Shown here one piece after another: positions 28,205-37,055 of a stretch of DNA of 64,000 nt. A program made the translations under genes and the position numbers. How positions within the stretch are numbered: position 1 is the first letter of the stretch; the number at the start of each line of letters is the position of its first letter. Where the stretch lies: contig JACRML010000058.1 in NCBI GenBank assembly GCA_016214995.1, positions 4,194 through 68,193 on the forward strand, read 5' to 3'. A model generated the notes under the pieces. It did not search any database and was not told the DNA's origin. It was given only the letters and a program-made list of their open reading frames with translations. The stretch is from Deltaproteobacteria bacterium (GTDB lineage Bacteria > Desulfobacterota > GWC2-55-46 > UBA9637).

Positions 28205-28422
28205 CCGTAAAATAGCAATTAAAAACCTCGCTACTTTACAAACCTGCGATTTGCCCGCCATACTTCGTTACCGGACAATTTTTACTCCTCACCGTATCGG
28301 TGAACATACGGCTCGTTGTAAATAACACACCCCTTTAGTCCCCCTCTCGAGAGGGGATTTAGGGGTGTGTTGTCTGGCAGGCAACTTGCAGGTTTCCCCA
28401 AAAATCAAAGTCTATTTTTGGG
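28205..28422. repeat. Mosaic repeat family 1, copy C (inverted orientation)
   Basis: ccgtaaaatagcaattaaaaacctcgctac ... ctcaccgtat ... aacacacccctttagtccccctctcgagaggggatttaggggtgtgtt ... caacttgcaggtttccccaaaaatcaaagtctatttttggga. Confidence 0.93.
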
Positions 28423-29035
28423 ACTTCCGAAACCCTTCAAAGGCAGTTTTCGGGTCGCATGCCAATTGATTTCGTTCATCACGATAAAAACTGCAATGGG
28501 CCTCCAGTTCTTTCTTTAGTTTTGCTCTGGCGCGATGCAGCCTGATTTTGACCGTATCAAGGGTAATGCCAAGGATGTCGGCAATCTCGTTGTTTTTCAA
28601 CCCTTCCAACTCACCAAGCGCTACAATAGTTCTATAGTTTTCCGGGAGGTTTTCAATAAAATCCCGGATGCACCGGTTCATATCCTTCCTAATGAGTTCC
28701 TGATCAATAGAGGGCATCTTTTCTCCTGTCCAGACATCCTTGTCTTCTGTGTCCCCTTCGCTTAAATCGTCCGATGATTTTCTGTAAGCCATTTGTTGGA
28801 AAGAAGGACTGCGGAGTCTGTCTAACGCAGCATTGGTAGCGATGCGATATATCCATGTTGATAATTGGCACTCGCCCCTGAAATTCTTCAAGGCTTGACT
28901 TATCTTGATGAAAACCTCTTGACACAGGTCTTCAGCCTCATGCTGGCCTGCCAGTCGTTTTAGATAGCGCAATATTCTCGGCTGGAAGGTGTCATAAATT
29001 GTCTGAAACTCCAATTTTTCCATAACCTCGCCCAT
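28412..29035 (-). CDS. ECF/sigma-70 family RNA polymerase sigma factor
   Basis: FQPRILRYLKRLAGQHEAEDLCQEVFIKISQALKNFRGECQLSTWIYRIATNAALDRLR; ELEGLKNNEIADILGITLDTVKIRLHRARAKLKKEL. ORF start 29155 overlaps the upstream gene, so MGEVMEKL (29035) is preferred. Confidence 0.9.
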   Translation of the reverse strand: MGEVMEKLEFQTIYDTFQPRILRYLKRLAGQHEAEDLCQEVFIKISQALKNFRGECQLSTWIYRIATNAALDRLRSPSFQQMAYRKSSDDLSEGDTEDKDVWTGEKMPSIDQELIRKDMNRCIRDFIENLPENYRTIVALGELEGLKNNEIADILGITLDTVKIRLHRARAKLKKELEAHCSFYRDERNQLACDPKTAFEGFRKSQK

Positions 29036-29046
29036 CTCCACATCCT

Positions 29047-29313
29047 TTACCTCAATATATCTTTCATAACCGGACCGAGCCTCCCCTTTACCATATCCAC
29101 CAGGTCTTCCACTTTCATCAGGGTAATACAGCATATCTTGCCGTCTTTGTGCCATGTGGTGACGGCCAATTTGTCTCCGGTCTTTATCTTTGCCTTTTCC
29201 CGCAGCTCCTTGGGCAGAACCATCTGGCCGCGCTCATCAACGGTTACGATGGATTCCACCTTGCAGTTGTTTTCCGGTTCGCAGCAGGAAATGTCTTTCT
29301 TGTTTTTGGCCAT
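29047..29313 (-). CDS. AbrB/MazE/SpoVT-fold protein, HgcAB-associated type (HgcC-like)
   Basis: ISCCEPENNCKVESIVTVDERGQMVLPKELREKAKIKTGDKLAVTTWHKDGKICCITLMKVEDLVDMVKGRLGPVMKDIL. Confidence 0.8.
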   Translation of the reverse strand: MAKNKKDISCCEPENNCKVESIVTVDERGQMVLPKELREKAKIKTGDKLAVTTWHKDGKICCITLMKVEDLVDMVKGRLGPVMKDILR

Positions 29314-29515
29314 CTTCTCCCCCTTGCATAGTATTCTGATAATTCTGATTATTCAGATTAGTCCTATTATACCTATTAAAAGCTATTTGTCAAGGTCAAC
29401 GGATAACCCAAATCCCGCTCTAACGGGATTTGAAACCGTCAACCTCTTGCTGTTGGTAATGTGTACAGAAGCTTGACGATGTCAAACTTTGCTGATAAGA
29501 TAAGCCGAAATAATT

Positions 29516-30700
29516 ATGATATTAAACAATAAAAAAATAGTAGTGGGAATTACGGGCGGAATAGCTGCATATAAGGCTCTGGAGCTTGTCAGGCTTTTCA
29601 TAAAAAACGGCGCTTTGGTTTGGCCAGTCATGACAAGGTCAGCAGTCAACTTTATAACACCGTTAAGCCTCCAGACAGTTGCGAGAAACCCTGTTTTTCA
29701 GGATATGTTTGACCTCACCCTGGAATCAAAGATGTCTCATATTGACCTGGCAGAAAAGGCAGACATGGTAGTCGTTGCACCTGCAACGGCAAATATTATA
29801 GGAAAGGTTGCATCAGGTATTGCAGATGATCTTCTAACAACAATTATTATGGCTACAAAGGCACCAGTTCTTTTTGCACCGGCAATGAATTCCAATATGT
29901 ATGAAAACAAGATTGTGCAGCATAATATTGAGAAACTTAAAAAGATTGGATACCACTTTATAGGACCTGATGAGGGAGAACTTGCCTGCGGATATGAAGG
30001 TAAAGGCCGTCTTGCGCCAGTTGAAGATATTTTAGATGCTGCAGAGGAATGCCTTGCTCCAAAGAACCTGAAAGGTGAAAAGATATTGGTTACAGCCGGA
30101 CCGACAAGAGAGGCCATAGACCCTGTAAGATTTATCTCTAACCCATCATCAGGCAAGATGGGCTACGCTATTGCAAGGGCAGCCAAAAGACGGGGAGCCG
30201 AAGTCGTTCTGGTGAGCGGCCCTTCTCATCTGGCGCCTCCAAGAGGCATTACCTTTATAAAAACCACAACAGCAGAGGATATGGCGGAGGCGGCCATGAG
30301 GCACTATCCTCAATCTACTGTCGTTATAATGGCTGCTGCTGTGTCTGATTACAGGCCAAAGATAAGCCATGGAAAGAAGGTAAAAAAGGAAGAGGCAAGG
30401 TTTAACATAGAATTGGAAAGAACTCAGGATATACTTAAAGAAATGGGAAATAGAAAAAGAGGGCAGTTTCTCGTTGGTTTTGCACTTGAAACGGAAGATA
30501 TATTGGCAAATGCCAAGAAGAAGTTAAAGGAAAAAAAGCTGGATCTAATAATTGCTAACGACCCAACTAGTTTTGACGGAGAGGTAACGCAGGTAACTGT
30601 TCTGGGAAAAGATGACAAGATTGAAGCGCTGCCGGCCCTTGCGAAGAATGAAGTAGCGGAACATATCCTTGATAGGGTTATAAATAAGTTAAGGAGTTGA
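29516..30700 (+). CDS. coaBC: Bifunctional phosphopantothenoylcysteine decarboxylase/phosphopantothenate-cysteine ligase
   Basis: KKIVVGITGGIAAYKALELVR; APAMNSNMYENK; LVTAGPTREAIDPVRFISNPSSGKMGYAIA. Confidence 0.97.
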   Translation: MILNNKKIVVGITGGIAAYKALELVRLFIKNGALVWPVMTRSAVNFITPLSLQTVARNPVFQDMFDLTLESKMSHIDLAEKADMVVVAPATANIIGKVASGIADDLLTTIIMATKAPVLFAPAMNSNMYENKIVQHNIEKLKKIGYHFIGPDEGELACGYEGKGRLAPVEDILDAAEECLAPKNLKGEKILVTAGPTREAIDPVRFISNPSSGKMGYAIARAAKRRGAEVVLVSGPSHLAPPRGITFIKTTTAEDMAEAAMRHYPQSTVVIMAAAVSDYRPKISHGKKVKKEEARFNIELERTQDILKEMGNRKRGQFLVGFALETEDILANAKKKLKEKKLDLIIANDPTSFDGEVTQVTVLGKDDKIEALPALAKNEVAEHILDRVINKLRS

Positions 30701-30765
30701 AGGACTTAAAAGTTGGCTGGTCTATCGTTTGCTCCCTGGCACCTAAACTGCCTTTGTTTTACTCC

Positions 30766-31620
30766 TCAACTTTTTATTATGCCAATAGCCCTTTCCATAG
30801 CATATTCCCAGTCTTTGCCATTTTTCTTGAGCGCCTTTAAATGTTTTTTCAGCCTTTTTGCAGTGTCCAGATTGTCTTTCCCTGTCGGGTCATATACAAA
30901 ACATTTTGCCCTTTGACCGCGAATTAAAAAATCCTTGATGGCAGAAAATGAACGATTATAATATTGTTTCTTTTCCTCCGTACTTAAGACCCATCTGGAC
31001 GAAGATGACAACATGCCCAACATGCTGTGCCACTGATTTATCCTGTGTATCAAAAGAATGCTTGAAAAGATGGTCTTGTTTGTTCTAAAAGATAAAGGGG
31101 TGTCTTCAAGTATGTTTTTCAGGAGACTGTCGTTTTCTTTATGAACCTCTTTAGACATTTTAGACGGTAGTTTCCAAATGTTTTTGTCGGCAAGCGCATC
31201 AAACCTTAGTTCCCAGTAGGTATGCTTGAGAATTTTGCTGGAAAATGATTGAATAAACTTTTCCGGAATATAATAATTATGTGCAATAGTATCCGCCGCA
31301 AGATGGCTTATATAGCCATAGGCAAATGCTTTTTGCGGCTCAGTCTGGGCGCTTTTCAGGATTTTAAGCCCAACTCTCCAGTTATGGCAGTGCTTGAGTT
31401 TGTCTGTTAAATTTTTTCCTACAACTATATCGGCGCTTATATTTCCATAGAGGTAATCATATGGAAATCTTGATAATAGTTCTTGCAGGAAAAGTGGAAG
31501 GGACTTGAGATTATTTAATATGTCCAATCCTAGTTCCAGATGTGTTGCAGGCCCCCAGGCGTATGCATCATTAGGTGTGAAGATGAAAATCAGAAAGACT
31601 CCTGCAATTAATAGATACAT
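30766..31620 (-). CDS. Zinc-dependent phospholipase C-like secreted protein
   Basis: AYAWGPATHLELGLDIL; GYISHLAADTIAHNYYIP. Confidence 0.65.
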   Translation of the reverse strand: MYLLIAGVFLIFIFTPNDAYAWGPATHLELGLDILNNLKSLPLFLQELLSRFPYDYLYGNISADIVVGKNLTDKLKHCHNWRVGLKILKSAQTEPQKAFAYGYISHLAADTIAHNYYIPEKFIQSFSSKILKHTYWELRFDALADKNIWKLPSKMSKEVHKENDSLLKNILEDTPLSFRTNKTIFSSILLIHRINQWHSMLGMLSSSSRWVLSTEEKKQYYNRSFSAIKDFLIRGQRAKCFVYDPTGKDNLDTAKRLKKHLKALKKNGKDWEYAMERAIGIIKS

Positions 31621-31708
31621 GGCAAAATGTTACAGCAAAACAGATAGATTGTAAAGCCTGCCAAAACGACATTTAATTATTTACTTTACTGGCAAAGGAG
31701 TTTAAACC

Positions 31709-32491
31709 ATGACGGATAAAAGTGTGTCTTATAAAGATATGATAAATGATATGCAAAACTACCTCCTTTACCTAAAGGGAATAGGCATAGAAGAGCTGCC
31801 TGCCAAAAAGACAGAGGTCAGGGGCCAGGGGCCTGCCCTCGAATGCATCTATCGGGGGTCAGGGGGCGGAAAGACCGATATAGAACTAAAAGGAGGTAGT
31901 TTAAATTTGGCGGATGAAGCCTTAACCCTTGAATCCATTCGTGAAGAATTGGGAGATTGCAAACGATGCAAGCTTCACCAAACAAGGACAAATATTGTTT
32001 TCGGGGTTGGCAATCCCAATGCCAGCCTTGTATTCGTAGGCGAAGGGCCTGGAGAAGATGAAGATATACAGGGAGAGCCTTTTGTTGGAAGGGCAGGCCA
32101 GTTATTAACGCGGATAATCAAGGCAATGGGATTAAAGAGAGAAGATGTTTATATCTGCAATGTTGTAAAATGCAGACCTCCCGGAAACCGCAACCCGGAA
32201 ACCGACGAGATAGCAACGTGCAAGCCATTTATGGAAAAACAGATTAATGCTATTAAACCGCAGATAATTGTAGCATTAGGGACTCATGCTGCGCAGACGC
32301 TTTTAAATACACCTGTGAAGATAACTGCGCTGCGAGGGAAATTTCATTGGTATAGAAACGGTATTCGGGTTATGCCGACATTCCACCCTTCTTATCTTTT
32401 GAGAAATGAGGGCAAGAAAAAAGAGGTATGGGAGGATATGAAAATGGTGCTTAAAGCGTTGGGTTTAAAGATTCCGGAAGAAAAGAAATGA
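31709..32491 (+). CDS. Uracil-DNA glycosylase, type 4 (Fe-S)
   Basis: LGDCKRCKLHQTRTNIVFGVGNPNASLVFVGEGPGEDEDIQGEPFVGRAGQLLTRI; CNVVKCRPPGNRNP. Confidence 0.96.
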   Translation: MTDKSVSYKDMINDMQNYLLYLKGIGIEELPAKKTEVRGQGPALECIYRGSGGGKTDIELKGGSLNLADEALTLESIREELGDCKRCKLHQTRTNIVFGVGNPNASLVFVGEGPGEDEDIQGEPFVGRAGQLLTRIIKAMGLKREDVYICNVVKCRPPGNRNPETDEIATCKPFMEKQINAIKPQIIVALGTHAAQTLLNTPVKITALRGKFHWYRNGIRVMPTFHPSYLLRNEGKKKEVWEDMKMVLKALGLKIPEEKK

Positions 32492-32569
32492 AGCCGAAAC
32501 GTCATCCTGAACATGCAAAATAAACAAAAATATAGATGTTGTTCCCTTGCTCATCATTCTGCTGAGATG

Positions 32570-33373
32570 TTAATTATTACGATGACATCTGAAACAATCT
32601 TCTAACGGAAATGCAACCTTTCCATGGCACACCCCACAGTAATGCCCTTGATTTATCTTATTCATCGTTGTCTGATTTGAGGCTGCCTGCGGTTTGAATA
32701 TATTAGGATGACAGTTATCACACACCAAAATTTTAGTATGTGCCGCATGAGGATATATAACATCCGGCATTACAGGATTTCTAAGAAATATCTCAACAAC
32801 CACATCCAGGTTAATCATCTGTTCATCGCCCTTTAAACCTGTCTTTGGTTTAAACTTGCCATCTTCCAGCGCCTTTACCCAGTCCACTTTGTTTCCGTAA
32901 CTATTTGTTGGAAAGTCCTTAGTAATTTCATAAAAGTTTTTGTTCTCTTTTACCTCTATCCCCTCAGAATGGCACCTATCGCAGTTTGTGGCTGCAAATG
33001 CAGTAGTTCCGTTATGACATGTCCCACACCACTTTCCTTCCAATATGTCAGCCTGCTTTATATCATTTGCACCTTTCTTCATTTGAAAACCAAGGTCACT
33101 GTGGCATACCTTGCAGACAAACTGTGTTCTGTGCCACCAGTGAGGAAATACTACCGACCTTATGGCCTGTCCTTCGCCTGTATGCTTTTTCATGGTTATA
33201 TTGCCATATTCGTGCGGCGGCGGCAGATTTTGCATACCGGTGGCCGGGCCTATCCCCTCTGTATCCTCTTCAGCTTTTATTGTAGGTGCTGCTTCCTGGG
33301 GTTTTGCACCCATCCCGGTTATAAATGGGAGTAGTAGAAATAATAATAAACTAATTGAGAATCTTTTTAGCAT
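32570..33373 (-). CDS. Six-heme c-type cytochrome (c3-type motif pattern)
   Basis: Six CxxCH motifs: CKVCH, CGTCH, CDRCH, CDNCH, CGVCH, CFRCH; signal peptide. Confidence 0.88.
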   Translation of the reverse strand: MLKRFSISLLLFLLLPFITGMGAKPQEAAPTIKAEEDTEGIGPATGMQNLPPPHEYGNITMKKHTGEGQAIRSVVFPHWWHRTQFVCKVCHSDLGFQMKKGANDIKQADILEGKWCGTCHNGTTAFAATNCDRCHSEGIEVKENKNFYEITKDFPTNSYGNKVDWVKALEDGKFKPKTGLKGDEQMINLDVVVEIFLRNPVMPDVIYPHAAHTKILVCDNCHPNIFKPQAASNQTTMNKINQGHYCGVCHGKVAFPLEDCFRCHRNN

Positions 33374-33674
33374 ACACTTCCCTCAAAGGTAAATTTTTTA
33401 TCTATTCATTATTTCTTTCATCCGGAGAAAAGGTGCCACTATGAATATCTGGCTTTGTAATATAGCAGATTAGATTTGAAATAGTCAAGGGCTCCGAATT
33501 GCCTCGAATTGCCTCGCAAAAAATGTTACCCAAACATTTTTTAAAACATATCGTTCCGTCATAATGAATGTTACCGGAATATCTTCCTCTAAGGAGGAGA
33601 GTTGTTCTATTAAAATCAGAAATTGTCAAATTCGCAGTCAACATATTCACATTTTAAAATAATGGGAGAGTTAG

Positions 33675-34673
33675 CTATAGATGTAGCACTTCAACATTTT
33701 TGACTCCTCTTTGCCTGCTACCTTCTTTCTTCCTCACCATCTCCACGGCCATTTTTATCGCAGCTATCATACTTGATGGGTTTGCTGTGCCTTTCCATGC
33801 AATATCATAGGCTGTTCCGTGGTCAACAGATGTCCGGATAATCGGCAGACCAAGCGTTACATTGACGCCGTCTTCAAAGTGCAGGAGTTTTAAGGGAATC
33901 AGCCCCTGGTCGTGATACATGCAGACAACGCAGTCAAACTCCTTATTTTTAACAACCCTGTAAAAAAGTGTATCCGGCGGCAAAGGGTCTGATGCGTTTA
34001 TTCCTAGCTTTCTTGCCTTTTTTATCGCAGGAAGGATAATCTGCCCTTCTTCGTCTCCAAAAAGTCCTGCCTCACCTGCATGGGGATTTAAGCCTGCAAC
34101 TGCAATCCTCGGCTTCTTGAGACCAAAATATTTTTTGAAGGTATCGTCTGTTATCTTTATGGTTTTGAAAATATTTTCTCTTGTTAAAAATTTTGGCACC
34201 CTTTTTATTGACTCATGAATGGTCACAAGGATAACCTTCAGGCTTGAGCCTGCAAGCATCATGCGGAAGTTTTTTGTCTTTGTCAGATGTGCAAGGAATT
34301 CGGTATGGCCGTGAAATTTATATCCTGCCTTATTAATGGTCTCTTTGCTGATAGGACCCGTAACAATGGCGTCAACATCCCCAGCCATGGCCATACAAAC
34401 AGCCTCTTGTATGTAGGTCATCATGGCCTTAGCACAAACCTTATCAGGTTTTCCTGGTTTTAATTTATTGGGATTAAGATTGGAGAGGTTTATGATATTT
34501 AAATTTGAAATTTGAAATTTGAAATTTGAAATTAAATGCTCAAGGACTGCCTCATCGCCTAAAATCACGGGATTACAGAGCCGCCTAATTTGCTTGTCAG
34601 AAATGGCCTTTAAAATAACCTCCGGCCCAACCCCTGTAGGGTCGCCCATGGTGATTGCGATGGTAGGTTTCAT
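33675..34673 (-). CDS. pdxA: 4-hydroxythreonine-4-phosphate dehydrogenase
   Basis: MKPTIAITMGDPTGVGPEVILKAI; GHTEFLA; MYHDQGLIPLKLL; RTSVDHGTAYDIA. Confidence 0.97.
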   Translation of the reverse strand: MKPTIAITMGDPTGVGPEVILKAISDKQIRRLCNPVILGDEAVLEHLISNFKFQISNLNIINLSNLNPNKLKPGKPDKVCAKAMMTYIQEAVCMAMAGDVDAIVTGPISKETINKAGYKFHGHTEFLAHLTKTKNFRMMLAGSSLKVILVTIHESIKRVPKFLTRENIFKTIKITDDTFKKYFGLKKPRIAVAGLNPHAGEAGLFGDEEGQIILPAIKKARKLGINASDPLPPDTLFYRVVKNKEFDCVVCMYHDQGLIPLKLLHFEDGVNVTLGLPIIRTSVDHGTAYDIAWKGTANPSSMIAAIKMAVEMVRKKEGSRQRGVKNVEVLHL

Positions 34674-34680
34674 AAAAATA

Positions 34681-34756
34681 CAGGTTATGGGCAATAGGCT
34701 ATAGGCCTTCCGATGTCTTTCCTATTACCTATTGCCCTTGCCTATTGCCTGTTTTT
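34681..34756. repeat. Heptamer-type inverted repeat between pdxA and surA-like gene
   Basis: caggttatgggcaataggctatagg ... cctattacctattgcccttgcctattgcctgtt. Confidence 0.75.
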
Positions 34757-35727
34757 TACAGTCTCACCTCTATATATGCCTTTTTCATTACTTCTTCCAG
34801 CCAAAGTTTGTATCTTTCATCTATAACCTTCTGAAAGATGGTATTCCTAATCTCATCCTCAACCTCTGAAAGAGGCCTTGCCGCCGCCCCCTGCTTATCT
34901 ATCAGCTGTATTATGTGAAATCCTGTAGAGGTTTTGATTACATTGCTTATCTCGCCAGTCTTTAATCCAGTTGCAGCCCGCTCTATTGCTGCATCCATCT
35001 CACCTGCTTTAATATAGCCAAGGTCGCCGCCTTCTTTTGCATTAGGCCCTTGCGAATACTCCTTCGCAAGCCTTACAAAATCTTCTCCACCCCGGGCTGC
35101 GGCAAGGATATTATCTGCCTTCTTCTCTATATCTTTTCTTTTATCCTGTTCACTGGAGAGCAGTGATATTATTCGCAGCCTATGCGTTACGGGGCCAGAG
35201 AATTTACCCTGATTCTGCCTGTAATAGGCTTCTATATCTTCATTAGATATTTTTGCATTTGAGCGAAATTCTTTGTTTATAAACTTTACCTGCCTGATTT
35301 GGTCCTTAAGCTGCTCCCGGTATTCCTTGAAGGTAAGGCCGTTTCTTGCCAGAGCGCTTAAAAGTTCTTGCTGGCTTACATTGTTTTGCCTTTTTACATC
35401 TTCAATAGCATTGTCTATCTCTTTTTCGCTGATGGTGATTCCTGCTTTATTTGACGCCTGCTCAACTAATTTTTTCTCAATAAGCTGATCCAACACCTTG
35501 CTCTTTGTCTCTATAATCTTTTTCCGCTTATCTTTATCATTGCCCTTTATATCTTCCAAGCCAGCAGTGGCAACATTCAATTCAGACAGGGTAATAGCGC
35601 TGTCGTTTACAACAGCCACAACCCTGTCTACAATCTCAGCGTGAGCAGGGAAAGACAGTAAGCAGTAAGCAGTAAGCAGCAGCAATTTAAATCGTAAATC
35701 GTAAATCGTAAATCGTAAATCAATCAC
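34756..35727 (-). CDS. SurA-like peptidyl-prolyl cis-trans isomerase
   Basis: EIVDRVVAVVNDSAITLSEL; parvulin GGEDFVRLAKEYSQGPNAKEGGDLGYIKAGEM. Confidence 0.92.
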   Translation of the reverse strand: MIDLRFTIYDLRFKLLLLTAYCLLSFPAHAEIVDRVVAVVNDSAITLSELNVATAGLEDIKGNDKDKRKKIIETKSKVLDQLIEKKLVEQASNKAGITISEKEIDNAIEDVKRQNNVSQQELLSALARNGLTFKEYREQLKDQIRQVKFINKEFRSNAKISNEDIEAYYRQNQGKFSGPVTHRLRIISLLSSEQDKRKDIEKKADNILAAARGGEDFVRLAKEYSQGPNAKEGGDLGYIKAGEMDAAIERAATGLKTGEISNVIKTSTGFHIIQLIDKQGAAARPLSEVEDEIRNTIFQKVIDERYKLWLEEVMKKAYIEVRL

Positions 35728-36767
35728 AACAACTCCTCCTTAACCTCTATCCTTGCCCTTTGTTTTAATTCTTGCATCCATACCTGAAATTCTGCATCGC
35801 TTTTTTCTTTTTTCAGCTTATTTATTATCTGGTTTTTTACCTCTGAAAATTTCAGATCCTTTGCACCTCTTTTCTCTTCAACCCTGAAAATATGATAACC
35901 ATACGCAGTTTTTACAACCTGACTCAGCTTGTTTACAGGGAGAGAAAATACTACATCCTCAAACTCCTTTGGCATAATGCCTTTGCTAAAAAAACCCAGG
36001 TCTCCGCCCTTTTTGCCCTCGGGGCCTAAAGAAACCTCTTCAGCTAGTTTTGCGAAATTTTCTCCTTTTTTTAATCTTTCCCTTATTTGATTGGCCTCAT
36101 CTTCCGTCTTCACTACAATCATCAGCGCCCTTATCTGCTCCTCAACTTTATAATCCGCTATATGCTCTTTATAATATTTTCTGGCATCATTTTCTTTCAC
36201 GGTAAGCTTAGAGGTAATAGCCTTATCTATAACCTTCTTAATCAATAATTTCTTTTTAAGCTCTTCCTTCCATTTTTCCATGCTTCCGTACCTGCTCAGA
36301 ATAGTTGGTTCAAACGCATCTCCGGCGTATTCTCTTTTAATTTCTTCCAGTTCTCGTGAAAGTTCGTCAGCATCAACATTCAATGCCACCTTCTTTGCCT
36401 CTTCTAAAAGCAACTCTTCTTCAAGAAATTGATTAACAAGGGCCATCTTAAGATTTCGCAGCTCTTCATCTTTTATCTCTGCGGCTGCTTCGTCTTCTAT
36501 AAATAACTTTTTAAAGGTATCCTGAAATTCTCCGCGTGTAATTTCCCTGTCATTTATTTTTATGATAATCTCACTGACAGACGGAAGGCTTTTTTCTTCT
36601 TCCTTCTTTTTACAACCTGCAGTGAGCAGGAAAAAAAGAGACAAGAGGCAGAAGGCAAGAGGCAAGAGGCGAAATCTTATTTTGCTTCTGACTTCTTGTT
36701 TCCGGCTTCTTGCTTCCGATTTTTGTTTCTCCGTCATCTGTTTTCTCTCATTTATTTTGTATTTCAA
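35724..36767 (-). CDS. PpiC/PrsA-type peptidyl-prolyl cis-trans isomerase
   Basis: Lipobox-like LLTAGCKKKEE; FAKLAEEVSLGPEGKKGGDLGFFSKGIMPKEFEDVVF. Confidence 0.9.
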   Translation of the reverse strand: MKYKINERKQMTEKQKSEARSRKQEVRSKIRFRLLPLAFCLLSLFFLLTAGCKKKEEEKSLPSVSEIIIKINDREITRGEFQDTFKKLFIEDEAAAEIKDEELRNLKMALVNQFLEEELLLEEAKKVALNVDADELSRELEEIKREYAGDAFEPTILSRYGSMEKWKEELKKKLLIKKVIDKAITSKLTVKENDARKYYKEHIADYKVEEQIRALMIVVKTEDEANQIRERLKKGENFAKLAEEVSLGPEGKKGGDLGFFSKGIMPKEFEDVVFSLPVNKLSQVVKTAYGYHIFRVEEKRGAKDLKFSEVKNQIINKLKKEKSDAEFQVWMQELKQRARIEVKEELL

Positions 36768-36791
36768 ATTTTTATTAAACAGTTCATAGTG

Positions 36792-37040
36792 CCCAAAAAT
36801 AGACTTTGCTTTTTGGGTAAACCTGCAAGTTGACTGCCAGACAACACACCCCTAAATCCCCTCTCGAGAGGGGACTAAAGGGGTGTGTTATTTGCGACGA
36901 GCCGTATATCACCAATACGGTGAGGAGCAAAAATGTGCCGATAACAAAGTATGGCAGCCAAATCGGCTGGCTCCACTCACTGCGAAGCAATTGCAAGTGG
37001 AAGATGTAAAATAGCGAGGTTTAAAATCGCTATTTTACGG
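36792..37040. repeat. Mosaic repeat family 1, copy D
   Basis: cccaaaaatagactttgctttttggg ... aacacacccctaaatcccctctcgagaggggactaaaggggtgtgtt ... gagccgtatatcaccaatacggtgagg ... taaaatagcgaggtttaaaatcgctattttacgg. Confidence 0.95.
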
Positions 37041-37055
37041 ATAGGCAAAATACTA

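Noticed and set aside
29410-29431. Hairpin aaatcccgctctaacgggattt upstream of coaBC, considered as a regulatory element
   Set aside because: Single small stem-loop without T tract or second copy in the window; not enough evidence to assign function.
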